DNA of 62,445 bases, filler included, from Choristocarpus tenellus KU-1152 (taxonomy: Eukaryota > Protista > Phaeophyceae), in assembly GCA_964200185.2 (NCBI GenBank). It is 13 parts of 13 records of this genome, joined end to end, with 100 filler letters (N's around TTAATTAATTAA, not from the genome) between each part and the next. Parts side by side here need not be neighbours in the genome. Positions count along the whole stretch, not along the records: positions 1 to 4,052 come from CAXNAD020016464.1; positions 4,153 to 7,550 come from CAXNAD020020303.1; positions 7,651 to 13,176 come from CAXNAD020010524.1; positions 13,277 to 16,290 come from CAXNAD020022937.1; 9 more parts are not named here. One strand, 5' to 3'. Position numbers and translations under genes: made by a program. Shown piece after piece: positions 1 to 13,360 of this stretch. The notes below the pieces were generated by a model. The model had not been told where the DNA came from. It searched no databases and was given only the letters and a program-made list of their open reading frames with translations. Numbering within the stretch: position 1 is the stretch's first letter; each line of letters begins with the position of its first letter.

Positions 1-419
1 CCCCACTCACAAATACAGAGACCTCAGCCACACCATCATCACCCCCATCATTGCCCCAACCAATATCAAGCCAAACCCATCCACAGCTGACTGTCCCCCA
101 TTTCTAGCCAACTCTGGCTTACCCTGCCTACAAGGCGACCCCTTCCTCACTCCCAGCCACTGCTACCATTTTTTTTACCCCAACCTACCCACCACCAAAC
201 CAACTCAAGATCACTACCACCACTTGCCCTTACCTTACCACTCCACTCACACACCATCCTACCACCTACCTCACCCACCCAGAAGTTCCTTCCAGCTTTA
301 CCCATTACAGTCTCTCCAAACCGCCCCACCCCAATACATGACCACACTACCTATTGTTATAACATAGGCTACTCATTTTATTTGTGTTGATACGATACAG
401 TATCGTCAGTTCTTACTGA

Positions 420-970
420 ATGTTGATTTGTTCATTGTAATGGTCGTTATTCTCGCATACTTCATTAGCTCCTTATCACAGCACCACCAATCACCTTCAG
501 AACACCACAGTACATAGGAAGCATAAGAGCAGTCGCTTCCTATCACACATACAGGCAGGCATACCATGTGTCGCATCAGTTCCCTCAGCTATTGATTCAA
601 GTTTGTCCTCTTGTTTCTTCTTTGTTTTTCCCTTCTTCACACAACTAGTTATCAGTTACATATTATGTGTGGACTATTATCTTTCTTGACTGGCATTGCC
701 CCCTCATAATTCATCATGCTCACTCTGCAATACGTGTACCGCTTGTCCAATTGAAGTTGGTCGTTGTAAGGATTTGTCTTGATTACAATGACACTACATG
801 TAAGTACTACATGGATCCCCCTTTGCTTCCCTATCACAAGGCTGAGCCAGTGGCTCAATTTCCCGTAACTGAAATATGACTGGGTAGCAGCAACTGGATG
901 ATGACCATCACAGACACAAGCCGGGATGCAATATAACCAGAGTTAACATCCTTTGACACCCTTCTCAGCT
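420..970 (+). repeat. Dispersed repeat, probably the 5' untranslated/gag-start region of a decayed LTR (copia-like) element; further copies at ~2440-2615 (+) and ~61560-61950 (-)
   Basis: Block tattgattcaagtttgtcctcttgtttcttc...tttcttgactggcattgccccctcataattca at ~590-715 recurs at ~2477-2600, and in reverse complement (gaacaaacttgaatcaata) at ~61780. LTR-element identity is inferred. Confidence 0.6.
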
Positions 971-1349
971 TAGGTGACAAGCATCTTCGCAGAGCATGCA
1001 TTTCTTTGTTTGAGTGTCTCAATGAACCATAACACATTTCACATCAACCATAGTCTGCAGAGGTACCAGAACACATTTCACATCAACTATAGTATGATTG
1101 AGCAAAAACATGTGGTCAGACGCATCAGAAGAATTCACAAGTGTTTTGTTGCACTATGACACACACCTTTCTGTAAAAGTGTTAACCACAGCACAACCAT
1201 ACACACTTTCATAGCAACCACGGTCTAATCGAGTAAAAGTTGTCATCAGTCCTACCAAAACAAATTCATCGGTGCTTTGTTGCACTATGATACCCTTAAT
1301 CACAAACTAGACACAGCATAACAATGCACAACACATATGAACTCAGGTT

Positions 1350-2060
1350 TCTACACCTATCCCCCACATGCACCACCCACTCAGCGCCCTGCAGTTGACC
1401 CATACACATAGTCCCTCCAATCCCTGACCACACCCACACCCCACGACATGACCACACCATCCATCTCTCCCATCCATCCAGTCCCCCCACACCATACTTG
1501 TCCTTGAGCCTCTACTCAGAGCAAACCAACCATTCCCCATTCCACAATCAATCTCATTTCCAAGCCACATCCAAACCCAAACATTCCCTCCACATACCCA
1601 CAACCACTCCAACGCACCCCACCCCCCACGCACACCCACACAGCCCACATTCAAACCTCACCATTTCCTTCACATACTCACCCTCAACAACTTCCACACA
1701 CCCCCACCTAAACCCACCCAAGTTCAATTCCTGTGCACCCCGTCACCTTACCCATTCCAACCACTCCGGCTTCCTTGCTGGGCCATCCCATCACTTGCCC
1801 CACCGCTCCCGAACTCCACACTCCCATAGCCATCATCACATCCAAACATCCACCAACTTCAACACTACCCTTCAACAAGCTACTCTGTCCCTGGAATCAC
1901 AACCCTCCACCACTCTCCTTTCCAACCTTGCCCCAACACACAGCGTTGCTGATCTCTATGAGGACACCATCGGAAAGGCTGCACTTACTTCGTTCGTGTA
2001 TGCAGACAAGATGGAGATCACATCAGTTCCTTTCACTCCAACCCTCAAAAACAACTAGGT
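1350..2060 (+). mobile_element. Decayed retroelement-like internal region (Pro/His/Thr-rich linker, possibly the copia integrase-RT spacer)
   Basis: ORF 1498-2058 ends ...ADLYEDTIGKAALTSFVYADKMEITSVPFTPTLK; C/A-rich composition resembles 1-350 and the reverse strand of 30200-30600, which lies beside a copia integrase. Weak. Confidence 0.3.
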
Positions 2061-3646
2061 GACAGTCTGCACAAGAATTTACCACAAGTACATTTCTAAT
2101 ACTTTCGATTTCTACTTCTTCCACCACACAAAATAGACACTTACCCATCTGTTTGTACTCCTCTAGAATTGTTTTATGTTTCAACCATCATAAACATAGT
2201 GAAAGTTGTTTTCTTCCACGTCTTCAAAATTGTTTTGCTCTTGAATTTGATACACTTTTTACTTCATCCTTCTGCAGTTGTTTTCCCTCTTGCATCGACT
2301 TCTCTTTCATTTATCCTTTCTATACATATTATTATGCCCTCTAACATCTTGCAGATGTCTCACGGGAAAAACTAATGAAAATTATTTAAATGTTTGAAAA
2401 ATCCCTAAAGAAGTAATTCTTTGTTCGTAGTTGTACGTCACTATCAATCACCTCAAAACTCAACACCATACTATGATATTGATTTAAGTTTGTCTTCTTG
2501 TTTCTTCTTTTGTTTTTTCCCTTCTTCACACAACAGCTTGTAAATTACATATCATGTGGTGATTATTTTTTCTTGACTGGCATTACCCCCTCATAATTCA
2601 CCCTGCTCACCTGTGTTAAGTATAACATCCACAAAAAACTTCGTTCACCAAAGTAGTAAGCCTCTTCTTGGGGGTGGGGTTTCGGGTGTGGGTGGGGGTG
2701 GATCAACTCTTGAGTTACAGGTGAGGGGAAGGGGATGCTCTGCGGCACCCAGTGTGTAGGTAATGCTCCATAGCAAGCACCTGAAGGGCGTTGTGCAGAG
2801 GGAGAGAGGGGTTAGTGGTATACCCTACAACGTCATGCTGATATCAGTGGTAAACCTTCCGGTATCATACTGACATTACCAGTATACCCTGGAGCGTCAT
2901 ACCCATCCTTCAAATATGCAGCTTGGCTGCGAATCTCTCCAATTTTTCCCAAAAAATCAGATATTTTTTATATTTCAAGCTAAATTTTACCTCCCTAATC
3001 AAAAAACCAAAATCTCTAGGTGCCTTTTTTATTAGCTCCACCACACAGTGTGTGGTACACTTCACCATGCATTTCTTCCTTAGAGTGTAGTATCAAGGAA
3101 GACCCCTGAATTCACTTCGTCCATTTTCTGAATGAGCAAGCAATGACTTCAGTCTCAGAACAAACTAACCAGTGCTTTGCAGCACTATCATCAGAAACTA
3201 CCCATCGTACACGAAAGCACAACTCATTCGATTCAGGTTTTAACATTGGGTAATGACAAGTTCATGAGGTTGGAAGAACAATAGCAGTGGAGAAAAGGTG
3301 ATTGTCGGAGATGAACAGGAACACAACAATTCTGGATAGGCCTGGATGGAGATGGTGCTGGCACCAGCGGACAATGAAGTGGAGTACCGTGTGACCATGA
3401 AAAAGGTTGCTGTAGTGCCCACACTAGCCTACAACCTATATTCTCTTCGAACCCTCTGCAAGACGTCAGGGCAAACACAGTATTGTCAAGTCTGATTCGT
3501 TGACAATTGAGGGAAACCATGACTTGGATGATCTCATAATACCAGTGGTGAATGGATTCTACTCAGGCTACATGTATGGGGTTCTACCTCGAGAAATCTC
3601 CACTAAATTAATGGTCATTGTTAAACCAACCATCAATGCACCTCCA

Positions 3647-4052
3647 TTATTTCCCATCCTTCGTTCTCGTTGTCTTTTGCGAAGTTGATACGTTTCGCAA
3701 ACTCGTTTTTTGGAGATCCATCCTTGCAGCCCGACCGTAACCTGTGACCTGGCGAATCTCAATGAAGTACTCGTCAGTTAAGAAATTATGCATCGCACTC
3801 TGCTGTTCTTCTTCGCTGGGTTCGTCGTCCAAGGATCGCATTTTCTTGACTATGTTGTCCAATTCCAGAATGACTATAGCCGGATCTTCACCAGCAGGTA
3901 AATGTAAAGAATTGAGTCTTGATCTCATGGTAGCCCTTTCTGTTATACCACTTCTCCTGAAATCGTTCCGTAAAGCTTGATAAGCTTCCGAAGGACTATC
4001 ATGGTTGCTTGCCACCTTTTCAGCGAACCCATCCAAAGTCATCGCCAGAGCA
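3647..4052 (-). mobile_element. Ty1/copia gag fragment (UBN2/Retrotran_gag_2-like), truncated by the contig end
   Basis: SPSEAYQALRNDFRRSGITERATMRSRLNSLHLPAGEDPAIVILELDNIVKKMRSLDDEPSEEEQQSAMHNFLTDEY matches the copia gag capsid pattern. Confidence 0.75.
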
Positions 4053-4152
4053 NNNNNNNNNNNNNNNNNNNNNNNNNNNNNNNNNNNNNNNNNNNNTTAA
4101 TTAATTAANNNNNNNNNNNNNNNNNNNNNNNNNNNNNNNNNNNNNNNNNNNN
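4053..4152. other. Artificial contig linker (N44-TTAATTAATTAA-N44). Identical linkers at 7551-7650, 13177-13276, 16291-16390, 19583-19682, 23397-23496, 33598-33697, 38011-38110, 46058-46157, 53134-53233, 56516-56615, 59368-59467
   Basis: Twelve identical 100-bp blocks; the central 12-mer gives stop codons in all six frames, a standard pseudomolecule spacer. Confidence 0.98.
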
Positions 4153-7100
4153 GACTTACTTATATATATGAATGGTGGGTTGGAAGTTGTTGCCGGGATC
4201 GCCGGTGTCTGGGACCCCCCCCCCCCCCCCCCCTCTAGTTACTTTGAGTTAATTTGGTGTTCACAAAAAGGTTGTGCAGGTGTAAACTTACATATATTTA
4301 TACCGGAGTGGAAGCAATGAGATGAGTCAGACATGCTATTCTCACTTTTGAGGAATTTTTTTTTTTCTCCAAACGCAAAGATGGTTGATTCCATCAGCGA
4401 AATTCTTTTGCTTTTGAAACCGACTACTCTCATGCATTTAAGATAGTGCGTTTAGAGATATTGCTCCTTGATACAGATTCGTTTGATACAGTAATGGGCA
4501 AGAGGACGTGATTGGCAGACTAGAAAACCAGAACAACTGGTTCATTAATTCTTCGGCTGCTGTTGGAACGTTCTGACTCCCCTCACCAAAACTTGAACGA
4601 GAGACATTCAGATTAAATCGTAAGCACTTTTGACCTTAGGCTGATGCCGTTTTCCTTGTATCCTTCATTGGTAGCACCGGCTTCGAGCATCTCATACTCC
4701 ATCCCCTCAAAACATCTACTGCTGTGTGGAGAGCATAAAGACAAGCAGACAAGAATTGAGTCTGATCTACTGCATTGTACTCTGGGATATGCAGCACAAT
4801 GCAGCATTCTTATATTCTCTTTTGTCACTATGTTCATGCATGTGTGTATGTTAAATATTTCTTTGCAGCAAGGGCGCTCCTGCTATCCAAGCACCAGTAA
4901 TGGTCAAAGCGGATATGGAGGAGATGCTAGAAGCATGCCTTCGTACCACTGCCTTCTTGGGCTTGTCACGAGATCATCACAAGGTGACAAAATTGGAGGA
5001 GAACTATCAAGTCCTTGCATATTGACTACTGCCCGCCAGAAACTTCCGTCTTCGATATTGAAGGGGAAGGAGCAGTAGGGGGAATCAAGGGACAAGATAA
5101 GTTTTCTGAGGCTACATACGTACAAATTATTTTTTCAGTATCCAGGATTAGTCCTGAATGTCCATTCTTTAAGGTCAGAAGTACGGGATGGGGATTGAAA
5201 TTCTCCCTATAAACATTTATTTACCCGTAGTGATCATTTTCGGTACAAAAACCTTACTATAATTGCATGTACTCTAGATATATTTTTCTTCACTCTTCTG
5301 GTGCACAATTGGAACAGGTGCATCTTGACATGGTGGTGGCACCGGATGTGAGCAAGCTAGTATTGACGCATCCTGTCTGGCTCTGTCAGGTGAGATACTA
5401 GTGTAGAAGACAAGATCATGGCAAGAAGGAATTGGTTACGGTAGTTGTGAAAGAAAAGTAATCTGTAGTTGCACGGTTCATTCGAGAAAGGTGTCTGATG
5501 ATCCTTTGCAAATCTGGCTCTCAGGAGAGGAAGAAATAGAATGCAAAGCGCTCTGCAACAGTGACACACACACACAAACACACACACACGAAAAAACAAA
5601 ACATTGAAAAGCAGTATCACAGTTCTCTTCCACCAGCATGAGCATGCAGGTCAAGTTCAACAAGTACAGCATGTGCAGCATGTGCAAGTGTTACACAAAG
5701 AAGACCCAGCCACATCCGCCATCAATCCCCTGCTCCTGTTGTTGCATTGTACTCTATGTAACACCTCTTGCTCCACACCAAACCCTCCTATTTGCACTTT
5801 CAACGAGCTCTCTTCGCCCTACCACAGTCTTTGTCTCAGCCCTGTGATGTCCCTGCCCCCCTCCGCTCTTCTATCCTACCAGATGACGCGGGCCTGTCTT
5901 CAACACTCCCTCCACCCTGATGATGAGGGACTAATAGAGCTTCAAGTGTCATACCAGTCACAGGGCTGGCTGAGGGTAGGCGTGGAGGCTGACTGGAAGA
6001 GGCGAGGAGAGGGGGGCGTGATCGATGAACGCCCAATGGGATGGGACAACGATACACCAGCGGTGTGTGTTCAAGCTCGATACATGTACTGATATGTCTT
6101 GTTAGCTCTTGGTGTGTTCTGAATCGTCACAGGCCATACTCTGAAGAATGCTCATGTTCCGAACCTTGTTGTGTGGGGGTGAATTTGGGAGGGTTTCACA
6201 TTCTCAATGTACCACCCAGGGTACATGAAGGTCTTCCAAGCATGTGTTTTGCAGCTCCATCCATCTGCTGAACTCTAGTGATCAGTATATGGTAACCAGA
6301 TCTGATACGTTGAGATGGTGAGAAACCGTTTCTCACTGGGTGACTGCGGTGGTGGCTTGCCACCTTTACTCTCCTTCAGAAAAACCCTAAGGGTGCCCAT
6401 CTTCCGAGCAAATTGTTAGTTTGCTTTGGGAAATGAGCTGAGGGTCATACAAAGTGCCTGCTAAGTATTCCGCAATGTGTTTATCCTCGTCCAAGGGGTA
6501 ATGGTAAATGGAAGGGAATAATGATGCTATCTAACTAATCAGTGCTTTGAATTATAATATACTCCTAGGTCTATGATCCAAAGTAACATTCTATGCAGCC
6601 ATACATAGAAAATAAAAAATAACTTCTCCCTGCGTCTCTGTGTGCATACTAGGGATTTTATCGTTCAGATTACAGAAATAAATTTCGAAATTTGCTGATC
6701 AAAACAACAATTGTCACTTCCCTCTATATGCATTGGATTCAGACTTTCAGGTTTGTTTCACTTTTTGTAATAAATCACCTGTATACAATTGGTTCAAGAC
6801 GGTGATAGTCTCCATCCCACCTGAACAGTGTTGGGAAATGACATTAATGAATGGAGTTAGAGATAAGAATCAACCCTGGCTCCTAATTTCCTCATTCAAC
6901 TAGTGGCCACAAATCATGAGCAAGGGAGTGGGCAGTCAATTTCACCAATCTGTTCACAATCCGGAAACAATCCTCTGGATGAGCATCTTTTAAAAAAAAC
7001 ATTGTTTGACACCTTCTAAGGTAATTTAGAGAAAGGTGGAGAGAAACCTCCGCCAATAGTTCCACAAAATTCCACAAAAAGAATTGTGAGAGGCACACCT

Positions 7101-7709
7101 CCAATGCCAAACAGGGAGATACCACTGTCACACCGAGGAAGATGGTCGCATCAGAGGCTGGGAACTTACGCAACATCATCCGTGGACCATCACCCTACCA
7201 ATTGCACACTCTCCCCAAGTGGTCCATCTCAATCTTTGCGTTTCCTATTAAGCCTGTACCCTAGACCCTCCTTCACATCCTATATAAATATATATATATA
7301 TATCCTCCGACTGTAGGGAGTTGGGAAAGCAGTCCGGCCAGGAGTTGGTCCCACAAACTCTGATATTATCGAACAGTCCCCTGAGTAAATACCCTCAGTA
7401 TCAGGGGAGGCATGTGGGTTTCTTGTCTTGCAGCACTTTCTTTGTTGACCATCACCCATCAAGCACCAGCATGCATCCACAAAGAAGAATCCTCCCAAAA
7501 AATTGTTGCTATTAATTGATGTGTGGGGACCCAAAGTATCTGGGGGGAGGNNNNNNNNNNNNNNNNNNNNNNNNNNNNNNNNNNNNNNNNNNNNTTAATT
7601 AATTAANNNNNNNNNNNNNNNNNNNNNNNNNNNNNNNNNNNNNNNNNNNNCATGAAAAAATTGACCCCAAATGGACAGCCGCCACCCCCTCCCAGATACT
7701 TTGAGCCTT

Positions 7710-8560
7710 CAAGCAGTATGCTTATTGGTTTTGGTTTGGGACCGCTTCCAGCTGATCCCCTGGTCTTTCGAGCATGGTCATTCCTTACATTGCCATGCAT
7801 TGCCAATACCCCATCATGCCCATCTTGGCCTGAGTGAAGGTAAGTTGTCGATGAGATGGTTTGCCCGTTTGAGCTCATCATAGCTGATGTTGGGGCGCAT
7901 TATTAATTGTGCTAACACATGTGGCATGGCTTCCTTGATCCCAAGCAGTATAGATGCCCTCTTCATGTTTTCTGATTTGGGCTCCTTGAGAGCTCCTCGA
8001 ATTCCGCATATAGTCGCTCTAGTTTGACGACGAAATCAGTGCTGTCCTGAGACACCGCTCACCGTAGTTCTCGGAGTTTCGACTCCAAAGTGATGACCTG
8101 CACGGGGATCTCGTCCTCCGCGTGTCCTCCGTAGAATCTTTCTAGTTCCAACCAGGTCCCTCTGCCGTCTGGTTGACCCCCGTTTTCGTAACGTGCAACG
8201 ATTGCCAACGCCAATCCCTTTGTTGCTTGAATAAGCAGGAACCATAACACCTTGTTGTTCTCTTGATATGCGTGGCATGTGCTGTTTGCCCAGCCTCCTC
8301 TGAGATGGTGGTGGGTATTTCAGGAATCTCGTAGTCCCTTGTCGTAATCTTGAAAAAACCTTTTCCACCAGCGTGGCTGATCAATGACAGTCTCCAAGTG
8401 GACCAGGTCTCCAATGACCTTCCTGTGGCCCCGTCCAGACAGCAAGTTTCTTCAGGTCGGTCTCCATACTACTTAAGACCAGAAGGTGTGAAGCCTCACA
8501 CGATCCCCTTTGCTGAACGTGGAAAGAATGGATGGATGGAATTAGAAGAGTGACCTTTAT
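7710..8560 (-). mobile_element. Degenerate Ty1/copia gag; same family as 57865-59197
   Basis: LWFLLIQATKGLALAIVARYENGGQPDGRGTWLELERFYGG...LESKLREL (copia gag 'DG..AW..L' pattern); nucleotide similarity between 8150-8340 and 58980-59197. Confidence 0.7.
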
Positions 8561-8909
8561 GGGGTGATGTAGACACAGTATGGAGGATTTTTCTAACGTA
8601 GCTGAGGCGTTTGCATTATTTGATGTTTGGAGCATATGTGATCCTTGACTGGATCTATGCTCACTCCTTCAACAAATAACAGAGCTGTAAGCCCCAACGT
8701 GGGGTGGAATCCTTACAGGCTATCTTGGATTATTTCCTGTGGTTGAACTGTCTATAATTCAATTGAATTCTCGAGAACTGACCATAGGATCGAGCGCGGC
8801 ACTGGAATTGGCTGGGGAAGGCCAACACGTGACCGCGGGAACTTGCTGGAGCTTGGAGTGCACACAAGCGGGCAGAAACCAGCAAATTTACTTGATTGAT
8901 AGGTAAAAT

Positions 8910-11400
8910 ATGTCAATGAACGACGGCAATGGACCTGGCACAGCCTTGGGGGGGTTGCGAGAGACCGATTGGTCTAAATTGATGATAGCGCAGCATATTC
9001 AACCTCCACGGGTCGAGACACTTGCTGAGAAGGAGGTGGGGGAGTTTATGACAGCCCGTTGCGAACATGAGATGAGCGTTAGGATGCAACACTCAAAAGG
9101 AGATATTCAAATTGCATTCATGACACTGTCCAAGTCCTTAATCGTTGCTCAGGGACGAGCACTGATGCAGGGCGAACTAATAAATAATTGGGCTGCAGCG
9201 ACGGAGGAGCGACTCCTTAAAGCCCTTATGAAGGTGGCAAGAGTCGATGACGACTGCAGAACCTTCGACATTGGGTGAATTCAAAGGGATTTACAGAGGG
9301 TGGCCCGGATGGGAAAAAAAGGGTCAGTCGCGGATAGGGTCATGGGTGTGATCCAGGATATAGAAAGCTATCTGGAAGATAACAAATCTGGATGGTGCAT
9401 TCCATGATAATGCTGGACAAGTGGGGGACTCTTGGAAGGCAGTCGGGAAAGGTAATCTCAGAGGCCTTTATTGGAGGGCTTAAACCCCCTGCGTTTAAGG
9501 ATGAAATTGCCAAGTATTTGGCTTGGGATCCTGATCTAAAAAAATCCAGACCAGATCTTTCAGCTGGTAAAGGAGGAAGTCGAAAACTGAAGAATGCATG
9601 AGAGGGCCCGGGATTTTGAATCAAAACGAACCGAGCAAGGTGAACCTGGTGGTAAACACCAAGAAGGGAAGCCTAAGTTTGGAGAGATGAATGGCAAGCC
9701 AGGGCACACCTGGTAGTGGACTGAGTGCGAGGAAGAACAAGTTCCAAGGGACTTGTGATGCATGTGGGAAAGTTGGGCATAAACATGCTCAAAAGTCAAA
9801 GCTTGCTGGTTGGAGTCCGGAAGGACAGTAGTATCAGCAGCAGAGGCATCCACAATATCGTGGTAGAGGTACAGACCCTGGGAGGGTATCTGGACCAGGG
9901 CAAAGAATACAACTCGGGGTTGCTAGACAGCAAACCTCAAGTGTAGGGAGAGGAACAAGCTGTCTAGGTGCAGCCCAAGACTGAAAGTATCTTAGAGGGT
10001 GAGTGAAAGTATCTTAGAGAGTACGAGTTTTGCCCTGTTTGTCCATTTGGGGCTTGGCTTCCCATGGAGTATTTGTACGACATTTTCCTACTCCAAAATG
10101 TTGAGGAGTAGGTAAAATGTGTACGTTATGAAAAGATGCGTTCGGAACAAGGATATTGACATCTTCTAAGAAACATGATAGCTAAAATTACATCAAAATC
10201 GCAACATTGAGTTTTGTCCCCTATATGGACGCGGCTCTACCCTCTAAGATAATCTGTCTCCCAAGGTACAAGGAGCCAGCAGGGGCTAGCTCCACAGCCT
10301 GCTACCGAGATAAGGCAAGGCACTGGTGGTGGGAAGTACGAGTGGCAGGGCAGTGAGGGTCGATGAGATGGTTCCCGATGATATGGGTCATGGGATGCCT
10401 CTGCTGCCACGAAGCCTGGATCCCAACATTAATCCTCGTGCAGGTGATACTGGCCTGCGAAAAATCCAGGGCACTCATGAGGAAGTGTCCCTAGCTACGG
10501 AAGGGGTGGATGTAGAAAGGTTGAGCTACCATGGTACAGCAGATGTAACTCCAGTGGGGGTCAACACATATGGGAAGTTGCCATTCAGTATGAAGACCCT
10601 GATGGACCCAGGGTCAGGGATCACAGGCATATCTGAGAGCCTGGTAAAAAAAATGCAGCTGCCTTTTGGTGGAGCAGTGCTAACAAAGTCCCTCCACCAG
10701 TCCTTCCCCGTCAAGATCGCAAATGGATTATCTGAGTCCATAGGGAATGTGATTAGTCCCTTAATTATGGCACTCCACTCGGGCTATGGGCCCGTGGTGG
10801 TGAGAAATCTTGTCTTGGCAGTTATACCAGGCAGTGATAATGTGTTAATTGTGGGCAGCAAGATATTGCAGGACTTTGACATGAAGCAATCCTTTGAGGA
10901 AGTGGCCGGAAGGAAGACAAACCTGCACATTGCAGGTCTGGAATAAGATATTACTTCTATGCAGCATATGAGTGTTAGCATAGAGGTGATGCAGATGAGC
11001 ATGGGGACTGCTCATCTGGATAGAGGCGATGACTCCGTCTCTACACTACTGGAGCAAAGCCCTCAGCTGATGATAGACCCTGCAGAGGAGGAAAAAAAAC
11101 GAGACTTGGTAATAGAAACTTCCTTGCAAGAGGCACAACGGGCCGGGATGCCCTTGGGTGCCTGGGGGCGCCTAAAACAAGTGATAGCAATCCAGATCAA
11201 TGTGTTCCGGGTATTATTGGGGCGTAAACTGCCTGCCAAAGATGGAGGCCATTACGGGTGGTGCTGAAGGAAGGAGCGACTCCTGAAGATCGGATCCAGG
11301 GCGTCCTATCCAGAGTGACACAGCTGGATGCCAGGATTTGTGGGCCTGCTGGTCGTGCTGTGGATACTGAGGTGTACCCCACAGGATATATGGGGCAACC
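8910..11400 (+). mobile_element. Degenerate Ty3/gypsy-like element: gag with zinc knuckle, aspartic protease, start of RT; interrupted by two family-B MITEs
   Basis: Gag-like ORFs 8910-9601; CDACGKVGHKH knuckle at ~9754; protease motif KTLMDPGSGITGIS plus LAVIPGSDNVLIVGS in ORF 10326-10946; pre-RT NVFRVLLGRKLPAK...VVLKEGATP; stops and frameshifts throughout. Confidence 0.75.
9979..10260. mobile_element. MITE family B, full copy with a locally duplicated left end; flanked by ccaa/ccaa
   Basis: Ends GACTGAAAGTATCTTAGAGGGT (repeated at 10001) ... TACCCTCTAAGATAATCTGTCTC; ccaa at 9975-9978 and 10261-10264. Confidence 0.85.
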
Positions 11401-11659
11401 GAGTGAAAGCATCTTAGAGGGTACGAGGTTTGCCCTGTTTGTACATTTGGGACTTGGCTTTCCATGGGGTTTTTTGTGACATTTTCCTACTCCAAAATGT
11501 TTCAGAGTAGGTAAAATGTATACATTATTGAAAAGGTGTGTCGGGAACAAGGATAATGACACTTTCTAACAATCACGATAGCCAAAATTACATCAAAATC
11601 TCAACATTGGATTTTGGACCCAAATGGACGCGGCCCTACCCTCTAAGGTACTTTGACAT
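11401..11659. mobile_element. MITE family B copy
   Basis: GAGTGAAAGCATCTTAGAGGGTACGAG...CTACCCTCTAAGGTACTTTGAC; colinear with the other B copies. Confidence 0.85.
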
Positions 11660-11875
11660 TTGAAAAATGTGTTTGAATCCTTGCTCTGATAGATGCTCTT
11701 GATTCCAAGCGGCAAAAAAGGCACTCAAGTGGAAATTGTGAGAGAGGAGGACCAAGAAACCACTTCCCTCGTGTAACAAGAAATGGGGAATAGTGAATAC
11801 CAAAGCGCTCCACAAAGGCTTTCAATGATTCCTCATAAACCATGTAATAGTAAAGAGTATGAAATTATTTTCTGT

Positions 11876-12056
11876 GGCTCAAAGTATCTGGGGGGGGGTG
11901 GCGGCTGTCCATTTGGGGTCAATTTTATCATGTCGCGATTTTTGGGTGATCTGGTTTCGTATGTCGCATGGATAATGTAAATGCACGTTTCCTGATTTGG
12001 GGTCAAATGGACCCCCTGGTGTAGAACCCCCCACTCCCCCCAAGATACTTTGGATC
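11876..12056. mobile_element. MITE family A, full 181-bp copy; flanked by tgt/tgt
   Basis: GGCTCAAAGTATCTGGGGGGGGGTGGCGGCTGTCCATTTGGGG...CCCCCAAGATACTTTGGATC. Partial copies or ends at 7528-7550, 7651-7707, 13113-13176, 16259-16290, 19554-19582, 46035-46057, 57348-57480. Confidence 0.85.
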
Positions 12057-13360
12057 TGTGGCAGCCAAAGAAAAATAGGTCTACAAATTTGCTCATGACT
12101 AGGGTCATTACATAAACACACAATGTGATTCAAATTGTTGTTGAACTCTCAAGATTTGCTGGGTTGTTGTAATAGGGTGAACTCATATTCATGACGCTAT
12201 GTAAAAAAAACACGTTGCCCAAATTCGATGGCTGGGAATATATGTATCAATAATAAATATTTGGGTGACTTCAAGGTTTTGAAATTTGAACGGAAGATCA
12301 TGAAAAAAACATCCGCTCAGGTTTTGGGTGTATCAGTACATTGTAGTGGCACTCTCTCTCTGTTTTGAAAAGAATTGGGGTAGGTTGATGGCGAGGGTGA
12401 GGATGAGGATTAGGGTTAGGGCTAGTTTTTTGTTTAGGGTTGAGGATATTGATTGTATCCACGATACTGATACCCCAAACCTTGCCACCACACGGCCATA
12501 TGCAGAGTACTAAATGCTGAGGCAGTTGAGTCAGTGACCTCTGCCGTGAACGCGCATCACCATGATGAGCACACGGATGATACATTACTCTTACAATGGG
12601 TACATACTAATGACAATGTTGTCATTTGTGTATTGAAGTTGATAGTGCGATAATATTGTACGCTCCTAACCATCAGATTTCAACTGAACCAAATGATGAC
12701 AACACCTCTGTTTGAATAGGCTATATGTGCGAAACAGATGGAAACAAGCCGACAGGTTCTTTGTAATGAAGGGGAGCGGGAAGACCCACAGGAGGCAAGG
12801 TCAAAGAGAGAGACAAGTCAAGAGGGAGAACAATCCCTCAGAAGATCACTCGGGAAAGGAGTGTTCCAGTGGCAAGTGAACGACGGGGGGGTTGGCAAGT
12901 TCACTTCAAACCACCCTTCAACATGCAAAAACAAATGTCATCTGAATATCAGAACCTTCGAGATAGGTTACCTTCAGGGTATACCTTCTGTGGAAGATGG
13001 CTCTCACATCACCCCCTTCCCCCTATGTGGTTTGATGCAGGTATCAAAACAACAAAGGTGTCAATGGGAAATGGAGGAAATGTGTGTGGAGAGAAAACTG
13101 ACATGAGCATTGGACTCAAAGTATCTGGGAGGGGGTGGCGGCTGTCCATTTGGGGTCAATTTTTTCATGTCGCGATNNNNNNNNNNNNNNNNNNNNNNNN
13201 NNNNNNNNNNNNNNNNNNNNTTAATTAATTAANNNNNNNNNNNNNNNNNNNNNNNNNNNNNNNNNNNNNNNNNNNNCCCCCCCCCCCCCCCCCCCCCTCC
13301 CTCCTTTACCCCCCCCCCCCCCCCCCCCCAACCCTTCTGTCCCCTCCCACCTTCATTCAG

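Noticed and set aside
4097-4108. Recurrent palindrome TTAATTAATTAA
   Set aside because: Always centred in identical N blocks; a synthetic linker, not biology.
7528-7707. One family-A element spanning the linker, which would imply true adjacency of the two contigs
   Set aside because: Orientation fits, but the flanks (ggg versus ttc) show no duplication and the linker is artificial; cannot be supported.
7652-7837. Repeated short ORFs (KLTPNGQPPPPPRYFEP, SKYLGGGG, SILEGTRFALFVHLG) as a peptide gene family
   Set aside because: They are chance translations of MITE families A and B with inconsistent starts and frames.
11876-12056. MITE families as introners (intron-generating elements)
   Set aside because: No copy interrupts a host exon or shows consistent GT/GC...AG ends; they sit in introns, TEs or intergenic DNA.
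12738-13106. STCKNKCHLNI as a Sola-like Cys motif of a partner transposase
   Set aside because: A single short motif with no catalytic region visible; insufficient.
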